A DNA stretch of 33,849 nucleotides from Octopus bimaculoides. Lineage: Eukaryota. The position numbers and the translations under genes are program-made. The stretch is from positions 134,980,612-135,014,460 of the forward strand of contig NC_068982.1 of assembly GCF_001194135.2 (NCBI RefSeq). The letters are read 5' to 3'. The notes below the pieces were generated by a model. It had not been told where the DNA came from. It saw only the letters and a program-made list of their open reading frames with translations, and searched no databases. Below are positions 9,597-21,540 of the stretch, piece by piece. Position 1 is the stretch's first letter. Each line of letters begins with the position of its first letter.

Positions 9597-10333
9597 NNNN
9601 NNNNNNNNNNNNNNNNNNNNNNNNNNNNNNNNNNNNNNNNNNNNNNNNNNNNNNNNNNNNNNNNNNNNNNNNNNNNNNNNNNNNNNNNNNNNNNNNNNNN
9701 NNNNNNNNNNNNNNNNNNNNNNNNNNNNNNNNNNNNNNNNNNNNNNNNNNNNNNNNNNNNNNNNNNNNNNNNNNNNNNNNNNNNNNNNNNNNNNNNNNNN
9801 NNNNNNNNNNNNNNNNNNNNNNNNNNNNNNNNNNNNNNNNNNNNNNNNNNNNNNNNNNNNNNNNNNNNNNNNNNNNNNNNNNNNNNNNNNNNNNNNNNNN
9901 NNNNNNNNNNNNNNNNNNNNNNNNNNNNNNNNNNNNNNNNNNNNNNNNNNNNNNNNNNNNNNNNNNNNNNNNNNNNNNNNNNNNNNNNNNNNNNNNNNNN
10001 NNNNNNNNNNNNNNNNNNNNNNNNNNNNNNNNNNNNNNNNNNNNNNNNNNNNNNNNNNNNNNNNNNNNNNNNNNNNNNNNNNNNNNNNNNNNNNNNNNNN
10101 NNNNNNNNNNNNNNNNNNNNNNNNNNNNNNNNNNNNNNNNNNNNNNNNNNNNNNNNNNNNNNNNNNNNNNNNNNNNNNNNNNNNNNNNNNNNNNNNNNNN
10201 NNNNNNNNNNNNNNNNNNNNNNNNNNNNNNNNNNNNNNNNNNNNNNNNNNNNNNNNNNNNNNNNNNNNNNNNNNNNNNNNNNNNNNNNNNNNNNNNNNNN
10301 NNNNNNNNNNNNNNNNNNNNNNNNNNNNNNNNN

Positions 10334-10529
10334 ACACACATATATATATACATATACATATATACGACGGGCTTCTTTCATTTTCCGTCTACCAAATCCA
10401 CTCACAAGGCTTTGGTCGGCCCGAGGCTATAGTAGAAGACACTTGCCCAAGGTGCCACGCAGTGGGACTGAACCCGGAACCATATGGTTGGTAAGCAAGC
10501 TACTTACCACACAGCCACTCCTGCGCCTA
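10334..10529 (-). mobile_element. SINE family C, well preserved head and body
   Basis: Reverse complement: aggcgcaggagtggctgtgtggtaagtagcttgctt...ccgggttcagtcccactgcgtggcaccttgggcaagtgtcttctactatagcctcgggccgaccaaagccttgtgagtggatttggtagacggaaa. It has tRNA-like A and B boxes. Confidence 0.88.
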
Positions 10530-10546
10530 GAAACATAGAAAGATTT

Positions 10547-10741
10547 TATATTGGTTTCAAATTTTGGCACAAGACTAACAATTTCGGGGAAAGGTTAAAT
10601 TGATTAGATCGATCCAGTATTTGTTTTATCGACCCCAAACGGATGAAAGGCAAAGTCGACCTCGGCGGATTTTCAACTCGACATAAAGACGGACGAAATG
10701 CTGCTAAGTACTTTGCCTGACATGCTAATAGTCGCCGCCTT
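10547..10741 (-). mobile_element. SINE family A (tail 2)
   Basis: Matches the reverse complement of the family A consensus, ending agtcgccgcctt. Confidence 0.82.
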
Positions 10742-11034
10742 AAACTTTCTAACATTAACTTATGAATAAGTCGATGAGCTGAGAGAATCGTTAGCGCGCT
10801 GTGCGAAATACAACGAATTACCATTCTCCTATGAAGTATGTATATCAGGGATCACGTGAATGTACCACCCTCGTGTGACAGCCTGCCAGATTATCTAAGC
10901 TATGGTTTCTATAAAGGCTTTTGGTAAAACGTCGTTGGTTTTTGTATTAAAAAAGAAAACTATTTATTAGACGTCTAAAAATGCTAAACAAGCACTACTA
11001 GTTTGTTGGCTGTTAAAGGTTAATGATATTTGGA

Positions 11035-11248
11035 TAGCTGGCAGAATCGTTAGCGCGCCAGGCAAAATACTAAGCGGCATTTCCTCTGTCATTAAGTTCT
11101 GAGTTCAAATTCCGCCGACGTCGGTTTTTGCCTTTCATCCATTCGAGGTCGATAAAATAAGTACCAGTTGAATACTGGGGTCAATGTAATTAACTTGACT
11201 CCTCCCTCGAAATTGCTGGTCTTGTGCCAAAATTTGAAAGCAATATTA
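11035..11248 (+). mobile_element. SINE family A (tail 2)
   Basis: A-box-like tggcagaatcgttagc, B box gagttcaaattcc, body and gccaaaatttgaaagcaatatt tail. Confidence 0.88.
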
Positions 11249-12970
11249 ATTCATGAACCGGAATTTAAAGCAATTTTAATTAAAGAAGCTATTTTGATCA
11301 GCAATATTTATTCTCGTGTTTATCTTTCCGAATTGAGAAATAGCGCAAGTCTCTAAGCATTTCGCCATTTGAAGGTATTATTAAAGACGCTTCGTCTTTA
11401 TTTCAAACCAAAACCTATCTATTTTATGGAATTATAATTATTTTTACGGATCCAGTGGGTTATTTAAAGGACTAATGTGCATAGGTTCTATAGAACGTAG
11501 GCGGGATATAAGAGCCAGTCACCTTTGGTTTGCTATTTTATAAAATAGATTTGTCTTCTTTTATCACTGATTCATTCCTGAATGATCCAGGATAACATGG
11601 TTCGTTTATTGTAAACTGAGTTAATCTGTGGTAACACGAGTCTGCGATTTGTCAAAGGTTCTGCTTGGCCCGTAAAAGCATACATAAGCGACCTTCCACA
11701 TGCTTTGAAAAACATGCGTTTGGAAACCTATTTTCCTCATATGCTCTATTTTCATTTCTCACTTATCCAGGGGGATTTTTATAACCCAAACATCTGTAAT
11801 CAATGAGGATAGATATAATATCATAGTGGTATGGCAACAACTTTGGAACTCAAACTTAATTTAGAGTTCTATCAAGTAGCTTAATGATTCACATTGTACA
11901 ATATAGGATGTGTGCAATTAATCAATATAAGAAATTTATAATTAGTCTAATTACAAATGTAGAGGTCGGAGTCAAAGTTTTAATGAACCGAATCAATCTG
12001 TAGCCCTGCTTTTCACAATTATGTAGATCGTAGCAAATTTACTATGGTGCTCCTTGATTAAAAATACATAGAGTTTGTAGCAGAAATTGAGATTGGTTTA
12101 ATTAATCAAGTAAGGATCGTTAATTTGTCAGTGGAATCACACAGTTAACGCTCTAATATCTATAAAATATTTGGTTCCATGATAAATGTTGGTGAGTTAA
12201 GTGTTATCAAGAATGCAGATATTTAATACAGTTTTCTATACAATCAAATAGTTCGTTTTAGATACTGATTACTAGAAATAAATAAATAACTAAATAAATA
12301 AACAAATCTATACTTAAAAGTCATATCATCTAGCATATCTGCCATGGATGCCCTCTTGAACGACACTGACATCACGTCATATTTTATCCTCCCTCAAAAT
12401 ATAGGCTTTCTGAGCTATTAAAATATTAGCTTTCTGTGTCTTGTGAAAATAAAGCTAATATTATATATACAAGTAAAACGATGAAGGCAAGCGTGATTAG
12501 CTTCTGGAAAATCGTGTTTATGAGGGTAGTTTTCATTTTCCGACCAGAAAAATTAACCGAATAGAAAATGAGAGTGAAACGCTCCGAGAGTGTAGCATTT
12601 ATTTTAAAGGAAAAAAAACCTCTTCTTGGCACTAATTTTTAACGGCTTGGTAATAAAATATAAAAAATAGATCTTATAGTTTACTTAAAAGTTTGTTGTT
12701 TTAAAACTCCGTTTATTTAATAGTAAAGATTTTCAGAAAGTATATTTCGGCTTTATCATGTCTTAATCTGGAACTGAAATGTATGAAACGAGAAATAAAA
12801 CTGTTACGGTATAGAGTGGGTTCAATGAAATCCAAAAAATGTAACGTTACCCTTTTCCTATTACATTAGCACTTATTATCTTTATGTTTCTAAACTGATG
12901 CGAATATCTTGAACGTTTCTCTCTGAGCCATTATTTTGATATGGATGACCAGAGGATTATATACATCAAT

Positions 12971-13200
12971 TTCTTTATTGCTCACAAGGGGCTAAATATA
13001 GAGAGGACAAACAAGGACAGAAAAAGGGATTAAGTCGATTACATCGACCCCAGTGCGTAACTGGTACTTATTTAGTTGACCCCGAAGGGATGAAAAGCGA
13101 GATCGACCTCGGCGGAATTTGAACTCAGAACGTAGCGGCAGACGAAATACAGCTAAGCATTTCGCCCGGCGTGCTAACTATTCTACCTACTCACCGCCTT
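12971..13200 (-). mobile_element. SINE family A (tail 1), full length
   Basis: Near-consensus copy. Imperfect TSD: TTATATACATCAAT (12957-12970) versus TTATATATATATACATATCAAT (13199-13220). Confidence 0.9.
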
Positions 13201-13457
13201 ATATATATATACATATCAATGTATAGTTACAGCCAAAGCCGATTAATTAAATAAAAAAATACCTTACAGTCAAAGTCACGGGTTTGATCTCATTGCGTGA
13301 TATCTTGAGTAATGGGTAGATGAAACTGTGAAAGCTTCCTGGCTGAATGTTCCTTGTATTTAGAAGGACCGACCTTGTCGCAGACAGAAGTACTCTAAAT
13401 CGGCGTGAAGGGTGACGCTAAGGATAAAAGAAAATTGGAACACCCAGTTTATAATCC

Positions 13458-13668
13458 TTTCTAAGTTTTGCACACGGCCATTAATTTTGGGAAAAGGAGG
13501 GGAGTCGATTACATCGATCTCAGTTTTTCCCAAATGGTACTTATTTTATCGACCACAAAAGAATGAAATGCAAAGCCATCTTCAACGGCACTTGAATATA
13601 AAGAACCGGGAAAAAATGCCACTAAGTACTTTTTCCGATGCGCTACTGATTCGGTTGGCTCGCTGCCC
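13458..13668 (-). mobile_element. SINE family A (tail 2), diverged
   Basis: gagtcgattacatcga...ggtacttattttatcgacc...ctaagtactttttccg...gctcgctgcc. Confidence 0.75.
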
Positions 13669-13692
13669 TCACCCAAATTATAGGATAAAGAC

Positions 13693-14005
13693 CCCCTTCA
13701 GTCACAAATAACGATGAGATTGTATCTTGGAAGTTCCCTTTCGAGGCACAAGTCCAGGGAAAGTTTGTGGAAGATTAACAGTCTCCAGTACATACCAGCC
13801 TCCCCTCTTCACGCTACCAATGTTGTCCAAAGGAAAGGCAAAGTCTGATACAGCTTGGCACCAGTGACGTCGCAACTCATTTCTACAACTGAGTGAACTG
13901 GAGCAACGAGAAATAAGCGTCTTGCTCAAGAACACAACAAACACACAACTTACGACCTTACGATTGTAAGCCCGATGCCCTAACCGCCGAGTCACGTGTC
14001 TTCAC
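13693..14005 (-). mobile_element. tRNA-derived SINE with B/D-type middle and another distinct 3' body
   Basis: actcatttctacaactgagtgaactggagcaacgagaaataagcgtcttgctcaagaacacaac...cctaaccgccgagtcacgtgtctt is the reverse complement of the shared head and middle. Confidence 0.7.
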
Positions 14006-14444
14006 TGATCCAGATTATGTTGCATTAAACGTGTAGCTTTGTTGATTAAACAAATGGATCATCCCTCGTCGAAACCTTCTGGAGATCCAATTAATACAGA
14101 AAACAGTTTGGAAAATTATCTTCATAGAGTGAGGGTGACTTCCATGGTATGGATTTGCAGAAAATATATCTCGGCTTCATCATCTCTTAATCTGGAACAA
14201 AACTGTGAAACGAGAAATAAAATTGTTACAGCTTAGTGAGTGGGCTTCATGAAATCTAGTTATCTGTATCAAAGTAATGGCCCAGAATGAAATGTTCAAA
14301 ATATTCGCTTTGTTTAGAAACAGAAAGATAATGTAACTCAATGCAAAGCTGCCAAAAATATTTATTTAATATTTTGTCTTTAACGAACATTAAGAATAAC
14401 AGTTTCATATATTCGCGTTAGTCGTAAAATATAATATCTAAAGA

Positions 14445-14540
14445 CAACTTTACGATGAAAGTATTTATTATTTCTGTATCTTACAATACATCGCAACGCT
14501 TCTAAAAAAAAAAGCTTTGTTTACTTTCATCGTAAAGTTG
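14445..14540. repeat. Perfect 19-bp inverted repeat with a 58-bp spacer
   Basis: CAACTTTACGATGAAAGTA (14445-14463) and TACTTTCATCGTAAAGTTG (14522-14540). Confidence 0.92.
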
Positions 14541-14835
14541 AATTTAACGTTAGCGTCTTGTGAAGCTAAATTTATAAGTTCTAAAACTGCAGAAGAATTC
14601 GTTGCTGGGCAGTTTAGTTTAATGGTAAAACACTTGACGCGTTATCACAGAGATGTGAGTTTGAGTCTCATGGTTAACCAGTAACGTATTTTTCTGCAAT
14701 ATATGGATAATTTATCCTGATCACGCTAGTTATAGCATTATCACGCGTTTGCGAAATAAATTTATTTCAATATCTGAAGATGTTTTATTCGAGAGAAATT
14801 GTTTTCCATTTTGTCTTTGTTTCTTTTTACTGCAG

Positions 14836-15140
14836 ACCCCTTTGTTAGAATATCATTAATTGTTGATGGCAAGAAAATTAAAAGAAAGAAATCGTCAGTA
14901 CAGAGAAGTACATCGTCGCCAGTTTGGAACGAAGCGTTAACTTTCAATGTTCCGGCCGAGATTTTACCAAAAGTGGCCCTTGAGTGTTGTGTGTGGGATC
15001 ATGATATTATAGGCCACGGTGAACTAATTGGAAAGTGTACACTAGGACCGGAGAGGCAAGGAAACGAACGCAAACATTGGATGGAACTGCTTAGCTGTCA
15101 CAGAACATCCACAGCCATGTGGCATAGCTTACACAAATGA
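14836..15140 (+). CDS. Synaptotagmin-family gene, last coding exon (rest of C2B: (D)PFVRISLIVDGKKIKRKKSS...PVWNEALTFNVP...DHDIIGHGELIG...WHSLHK*)
   Basis: Polypyrimidine tract plus tgcAG at 14834-14835. G6317+AC14836-14837 gives GAC (Asp of SDPFV). Contains the polybasic KKIKRKK, PVWNE, DxD and C-terminal WHxL motifs typical of synaptotagmin C2B. TGA stop at 15138-15140. Confidence 0.95.
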
Positions 15141-15914
<774 letters not shown>

Positions 15915-16193
15915 GCAGTTATAAGATTTCTTTAAGCCAAATGTTGTGCTGATACATAAATTAAACATTAAGGAGAATAGAGCAAGAGAGTTGATTGAGA
16001 ATCGAAGCAGGAAAACGCTGGTTTCTCATTTGATATCTCTACGTTTACGACTATAATAACGCTTACTTGTAAGCTTAGCTATGCAGTTGAAAAAGTATTC
16101 ATTTGAATCCTTATGTATGCCTTTGTTTGTGTTGTTTTGCTGTTCTTATTACGCTGAGCACTGAAACTTTTCAAATATTAGTTTATTCATTAA

Positions 16194-16412
16194 TGTGGTG
16201 CGCTGGCAGAAACATTAGCACGCCGGGCAAAATGCTTTGTGGCATTTCGTCTGTCTTTACGTTCTGAGTTCAAATTCCGTCGAGGTCGACTTTGCCTTTC
16301 ATCCTTTCGTGGTTGATAAATTAAGTACCAGTCGAGCACTGGGGTCGATGTAATCGACTTACCTTCTCCCCCCAAATTGCTAACCCTGCGCCAAAATTTG
16401 AAATCAATATTA
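16194..16412 (+). mobile_element. SINE family A (tail 2), full length
   Basis: Near-consensus head (ctggcagaaacattagc, gagttcaaattcc), body and tail. Confidence 0.9.
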
Positions 16413-17174
16413 ATTTATTCATATCTACAAAAAAAAAATAATAATAATCACAATGAAAAAGGAAATGAAAAAGAAATAAAGAGCAAAATTTGGCTGATTT
16501 TGTTTGATTGAATGATCTGGCAGTCGCCATTTTCAGTGTTAGAATAATGAGGCAGTATTTGAAACCAATACTTCACGTAACAACTTCAAATGGCAGACTC
16601 AAAACATGAATATACACGAAAATACGCATTCAAAAGGATTCAAAAAGGACTTTCAAACTGAGTGGATAGGAATAAGTGTTGAAAATAGAGGTGAATAAAT
16701 ATTATTATAGGTATTATATTATAACAGAAAATAAGTAATGTGATCAAGGAGAAAAGTAGCTTGTCATTTGTAACAACATTCACGTTGATATTATATATCT
16801 GCTTTCAAAACAAAATTTAAGATTTAATAACCCCTTCAGTTCTATCTTACTGAGTCACAAGAAAGAAAGAAAGTAAGGAATTCAAATTTAAACACAAAAC
16901 TCTCTTTAAAATTACATGAAAGGAAAAAAAGATATGAAGGATATTTGAGAGATGTTTAAAAGAAAAAAAGAAATATATGATTTACACGAGCTGTGATATA
17001 AGAAAAAGAATCAGGTATGAAATAAAAATGTTAAAACTATGACAATTGTAATGTAGACATAAATATATTAGCAGAATATTTTGATTAAAAATATCAAAAT
17101 ATTGGAATAAAATCAGCTCGTTTCTTTCGTTTCATATANNNNNNNNNNNNNNNNNNNNNNNNNNNNNNNNNNNN

Positions 17175-17207
<33 letters not shown>

Positions 17208-17934
17208 CATACATATATACATATATGTATATATGTATATATATATATATATCACTTTTTAAAGTTATCTCTACAGATTTTCTATAGAAATTAGAGCCAG
17301 TACTGCTGAAAGTTGCAACGTATTGTTTACGTAGATGTATTCGTATGCAAAACGTCATAACATTTGCTGCTGGTTCTAATCTTTAGAGATAACTTTAAAA
17401 AGTGATTGAATCGCACTGCTAACACAGTTAGGACACAGTATTAGCTTATGAACCTTTAATATACTTGGTAGTATATTATGGTTGCATAACGAAATAGCGT
17501 CCCTTCCAGCAATATATATATATATATATATATATAGCATGACAGAAACGTGCTGAATACAAGCTGACACACACATAATGTATATATGTATGTAAATATA
17601 TATATACACACATACACGCAAATACTTGCGTATAATATTATTTCATATCCTTGCTTAATGTTATCGCGGGAAAGATGCGTCAGAGAAGATAGGCAGCTGT
17701 ATCAAATACTTCCCGAGCTCTAGGTTAGGTCACTAACATCGGAGCTGCATCACAAAACAGGGAATATATACCTGCGGTAGATTAACGCAGGTATGTACTG
17801 ATTAGCGCTCTATCCAAAGGAATGGAACAAGTTTGTTTCATATTCACTCAATGCTGTACAGTTTTTGCGAATGTTAATCGTTAATCTTATGTTATTAATA
17901 TAATTTGTGAATATATTTTAATATGCTGGAACTG

Positions 17935-17937
<3 letters not shown>

Positions 17938-17974
<37 letters not shown>
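17938..17974. repeat. (AT)n microsatellite
   Basis: Directly visible. Confidence 0.95.
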
Positions 17975-17976
<2 letters not shown>

Positions 17977-20132
17977 CAGTGTTTTACTTTTGTTGTAAGA
18001 AAAGAAGAAAAGAAAGAGACTTTGTAATTGGTTGACACACCATGTTCTACATGTTTTATATTCAAATCTTTGGGTTAGTATTAATTAAAATTTATTAATG
18101 ACCTACTACTTCACTTTTGCCGTTAATGCCCGTTGGAAGGACATGGAAGTCCCCCAAACTGCATTTCTCTTGTGTGCAGACAAAAGAAAACAAAACTGAC
18201 CTTAATGAGAAGAAGTAGGTTGGCCGAAATGGTGAGTCACCAACTTAACTATTTCTTTTGCATGCAGTTGGCGTCACTGTAAATTAATCTGTAAACTAAA
18301 TTTATTTTTTTACGTCAACTGATATATGCAATTTTGTAATTTACTTAGTCATTCTCCTGTCCCTGTTTCGGCAAGTATGGTGAAATATATGTTTGTACGT
18401 TTTGCAGATAAGGTCTTAATAAGTGGAAACACACTCAGAATTGTCTCCCGTACTTGTGGAAATAATTTTAAAAAATATTAGTCATAGACTTTTTTTGTTT
18501 CTTTCTCCAGTACACAATTATTTAAAATGTTTAATGTTTAATATATTAATATATGATAACTTCACTGTTGTTTTCATGCAGATGGTGTCCATGCGTTATT
18601 CACTTATAACGACAATTAGTTGCGTTCTGAATTTAAATACTGCCAGAGTCGACTATTTACCATTTCTTTCTTTTACAGGTATTAAAATAAAACCAAATAG
18701 CAATCAATCTGTCAATATAATCGATTATTCTACCAAACGTTACAAAAATCGTTATCGTCTTTTCTGCCGTTTTGACTAGAATTATTGATTTGAGTTGGAT
18801 TGTTTTTATCACTGAGAATGTAATTATAATTCTCTTAACTTTCTTGGCTTACTACGTCATATATTCTAACACCCACTTTACTATTATGTATGCCGAAGGT
18901 GTCCCTTGGGTGCCTTCCTCATCATTCTTTGAATTTATTACCTCACTCAGTATTCATTCACAAAAACCTATATTATTCCTATCATTCTAAGCGCTTGAAA
19001 TTACAGTCAAACCAGGTTTTGTAAATGAGTTTTAATAAGTGCGAAACATGCTTGAAGTTGTCATCGCATTGCTAAATGTTAGGCACTCCACCAATTGCAT
19101 ACCATATTTAATTACTTTCAATCAATTACAATTTCAGTGTTGCCTCCCCTTGAAGTAATCATTTAAATACTGACTATTGTTGTCAAAGAGGGTAGATTTT
19201 TCGTTAATTAAAATCTTTTGACATTATAGCGATTTTGCTAGCGAGCATTTCACTATCACAAAATTTTGCTTTGTCGCTTCTCAAAAAAGTTTAAAAAAAA
19301 AAAAAAAAAAAAAAAAANNNNNNNNNNNNNNNNNNNNNNNNNNNNNNNNNNNNNNNNNNNNNNNNNNNNNNNNNNNNNNNNNNNNNNNNNNNNNNNNNNN
19401 NNNNNNNNNNNNNNNNNNNNNNNNNNNNNNNNNNNNNNNNNNNNNNNNNNNNNNNNNNNNNNNNNNNNNNNNNNNNNNNNNNNNNNNNNNNNNNNNNNNN
19501 NNNNNNNNNNNNNNNNNNNNNNNNNNNNNNNNNNNNNNNNNNNNNNNNNNNNNNNNNNNNNNNNNNNNNNNNNNNNNNNNNNNNNNNNNNNNNNNNNNNN
19601 NNNNNNNNNNNNNNNNNNNNNNNNNNNNNNNNNNNNNNNNNNNNNNNNNNNNNNNNNNNNNNNNNNNNNNNNNNNNNNNNNNNNNNNNNNNNNNNNNNNN
19701 NNNNNNNNNNNNNNNNNNNNNNNNNNNNNNNNNNNNNNNNNNNNNNNNNNNNNNNNNNNNNNNNNNNNNNNNNNNNNNNNNNNNNNNNNNNNNNNNNNNN
19801 NNNNNNNNNNNNNNNNNNNNNNNNNNNNNNNNNNNNNNNNNNNNNNNNNNNNNNNNNNNNNNNNNNNNNNNNNNNNNNNNNNNNNNNNNNNNNNNNNNNN
19901 NNNNNNNNNNNNNNNNNNNNNNNNNNNNNNNNNNNNNNNNNNNNNNNNNNNNNNNNNNNNNNNNNNNNNNNNNNNNNNNNNNNNNNNNNNNNNNNNNNNN
20001 NNNNNNNNNNNNNNNNNNNNNNNNNNNNNNNNNNNNNNNNCTCTCTCTCTCACACACACACACATGAAGAAAGTTGCCGAAATGTTTGTGGTTTCCAGCC
20101 GACAGACTATTCCGCAGTGCAAACTGTATAAA

Positions 20133-20136
20133 TGAA

Positions 20137-20198
<62 letters not shown>
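20133..20198. repeat. (AATA)n/(AAT)n microsatellite
   Basis: Directly visible. Confidence 0.95.
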
Positions 20199-20199
<1 letters not shown>

Positions 20200-20399
20200 T
20201 TGATTTCTGTTATTTGCCAAAAGGGTATCAGATGAGGGGGACATTACAGTCCGTGTTAGGGGTTTATATGAAAGATAAGGAGAAGAAAGGAAAAAGACGA
20301 TGAAATGAGATAAAAATGTACATCGTATACACAGTTTATGAACACATGAATGATGCAATACTCCTGATACAGTGGAATATTTAACTGTGACCACTCAAG

Positions 20400-20690
20400 G
20401 AACCTTACAGATCTACGATTCTTCTGACCACCACGGGCGGCAATCCATAGTCCATCTGATGTTCTTCAATCAGCAGGCACGTGTTTAGAGTGGATCCATT
20501 CTCGCTAACAATTTTTGCCGTGTCACCCACCTTTTGACAGATTCACTGATCGAACGCATTTCCTTCTTCCTCCTCATTTTCCCTTCCAAGTGGGATTTCA
20601 AAAGTCGATGGAGACTTGACCGAAGAGGAAAGTGTCTACTCTCAATCCTCTTAGCCTCTACAACCACACAACGTCACTCGCGATAACCTT
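20400..20690 (-). mobile_element. Possible decayed LINE (RTE-like) ORF C-terminal fragment
   Basis: Minus-strand peptide ..LLKSHLEGKMRRKKEMRSISESVKRW.. loosely resembles the (L/V)EGKRxRGRPxxxWxDxIK motif near the end of RTE ORFs. The similarity is weak and judged by eye. Confidence 0.3.
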
Positions 20691-20780
20691 AGACAGAGGA
20701 ACTGTGCCTACCCTGCTTTGTTAACGGTGGGTGGAGGAGCAATCTCACGATGGACTCGGTGTAGAGTTGGACAGAAGTTC

Positions 20781-20984
20781 TTCCTAATTTTAGCATAAGG
20801 GCAGGAATTTTGAAGAGAGGAGTAAGTTGACTACATCGATTCCAGTATTCAATTGGTACTTATTTTACCGACCACGAAAGGATAAAAAGCAATGCTGACT
20901 TCGGCTGCATTTGAACTCAGCATGCAAAGACCCAGAAGAAATCCTGCAAAGCATTTTTGCACGACTAATGATTCTACAAACTCA
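20781..20984 (-). mobile_element. SINE family A (tail 2), diverged
   Basis: actacatcgattccagt...ggtacttattttaccgacc.cgaaagga...catttgaactcag. Confidence 0.75.
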
Positions 20985-20999
20985 TTAATAATAATCAGT

Positions 21000-21258
21000 G
21001 AGGAGCGTGTATTTTAGTGCTTGCGATGTTAAACCGTAATTTTGTTCTTTCGATTCTCGAAACAGGTGGTGCGTTGTGTCCTTGAGCAAGGCACTTCATT
21101 TTACCTTACTTCAGTTCAGTTGATTGAAAATAAGAAGGAGCAGTAGCTGAGAGCTGACCCTACAATGGACTGGAGTCCTCTTTAGACGGATTCTTATATT
21201 CTGTCGGTCGCTTAAGGTCTTCGGAAACCGGGATAAGATCCGCTTCAAGAGGGACTTT
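21000..21258 (+). mobile_element. SINE family B-related copy, diverged
   Basis: gcgttgtgtccttgagcaaggcacttcatttt...ccctacaatggactgg...gaaaccggggataag. Confidence 0.6.
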
Positions 21259-21449
21259 AATTCGAGGCTAAATAATCAGGTCTGGTGATTTGCTATGTAG
21301 CCACGAGTAATTTCATTTCTCTATCACTTATGATCCGTTACCAATGACAAAGCTTAGCTAAGATTTCGCTCGGAAGAAACGGTAGTAAAATCACCATTCT
21401 AGTTAACATTGTTCCTTTGTGTGGTTATGGTTGATTAGTCTACATTACT

Positions 21450-21540
21450 CCGAAGGGAGTATAGAGCCGGTTTCCAGGTATATATTCCTACCTGGACGGG
21501 ACACCGGTCCGTCGCAGGATTACTACTCATTTTTACCATT
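21450..21540 (-). mobile_element. SINE family B-type body fragment
   Basis: cctggacgggacaccggtccgtcgcagg..tactcattttt is the reverse complement of the B body. Confidence 0.55.

Larger units (their letters stand above)
6318..14835 (+). other. GT-AG phase-1 intron (8,518 nt, includes N gaps) of the synaptotagmin-family gene
   Basis: Joining the flanking exons restores an uninterrupted C2B frame (EES-D-PFV). Confidence 0.88.

Noticed and set aside
14808-14892. Complementarity between the acceptor polypyrimidine tract and the Lys codons of the exon (possible editing duplex)
   Set aside because: It is low-complexity U-rich/A-rich pairing of about 8 bp, expected trivially.
17766-17796. 11-bp hairpin ATATACCTGCG/CGCAGGTATGT
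   Set aside because: Too short for a pre-miRNA and has no supporting context; plausible by chance in 34 kb.
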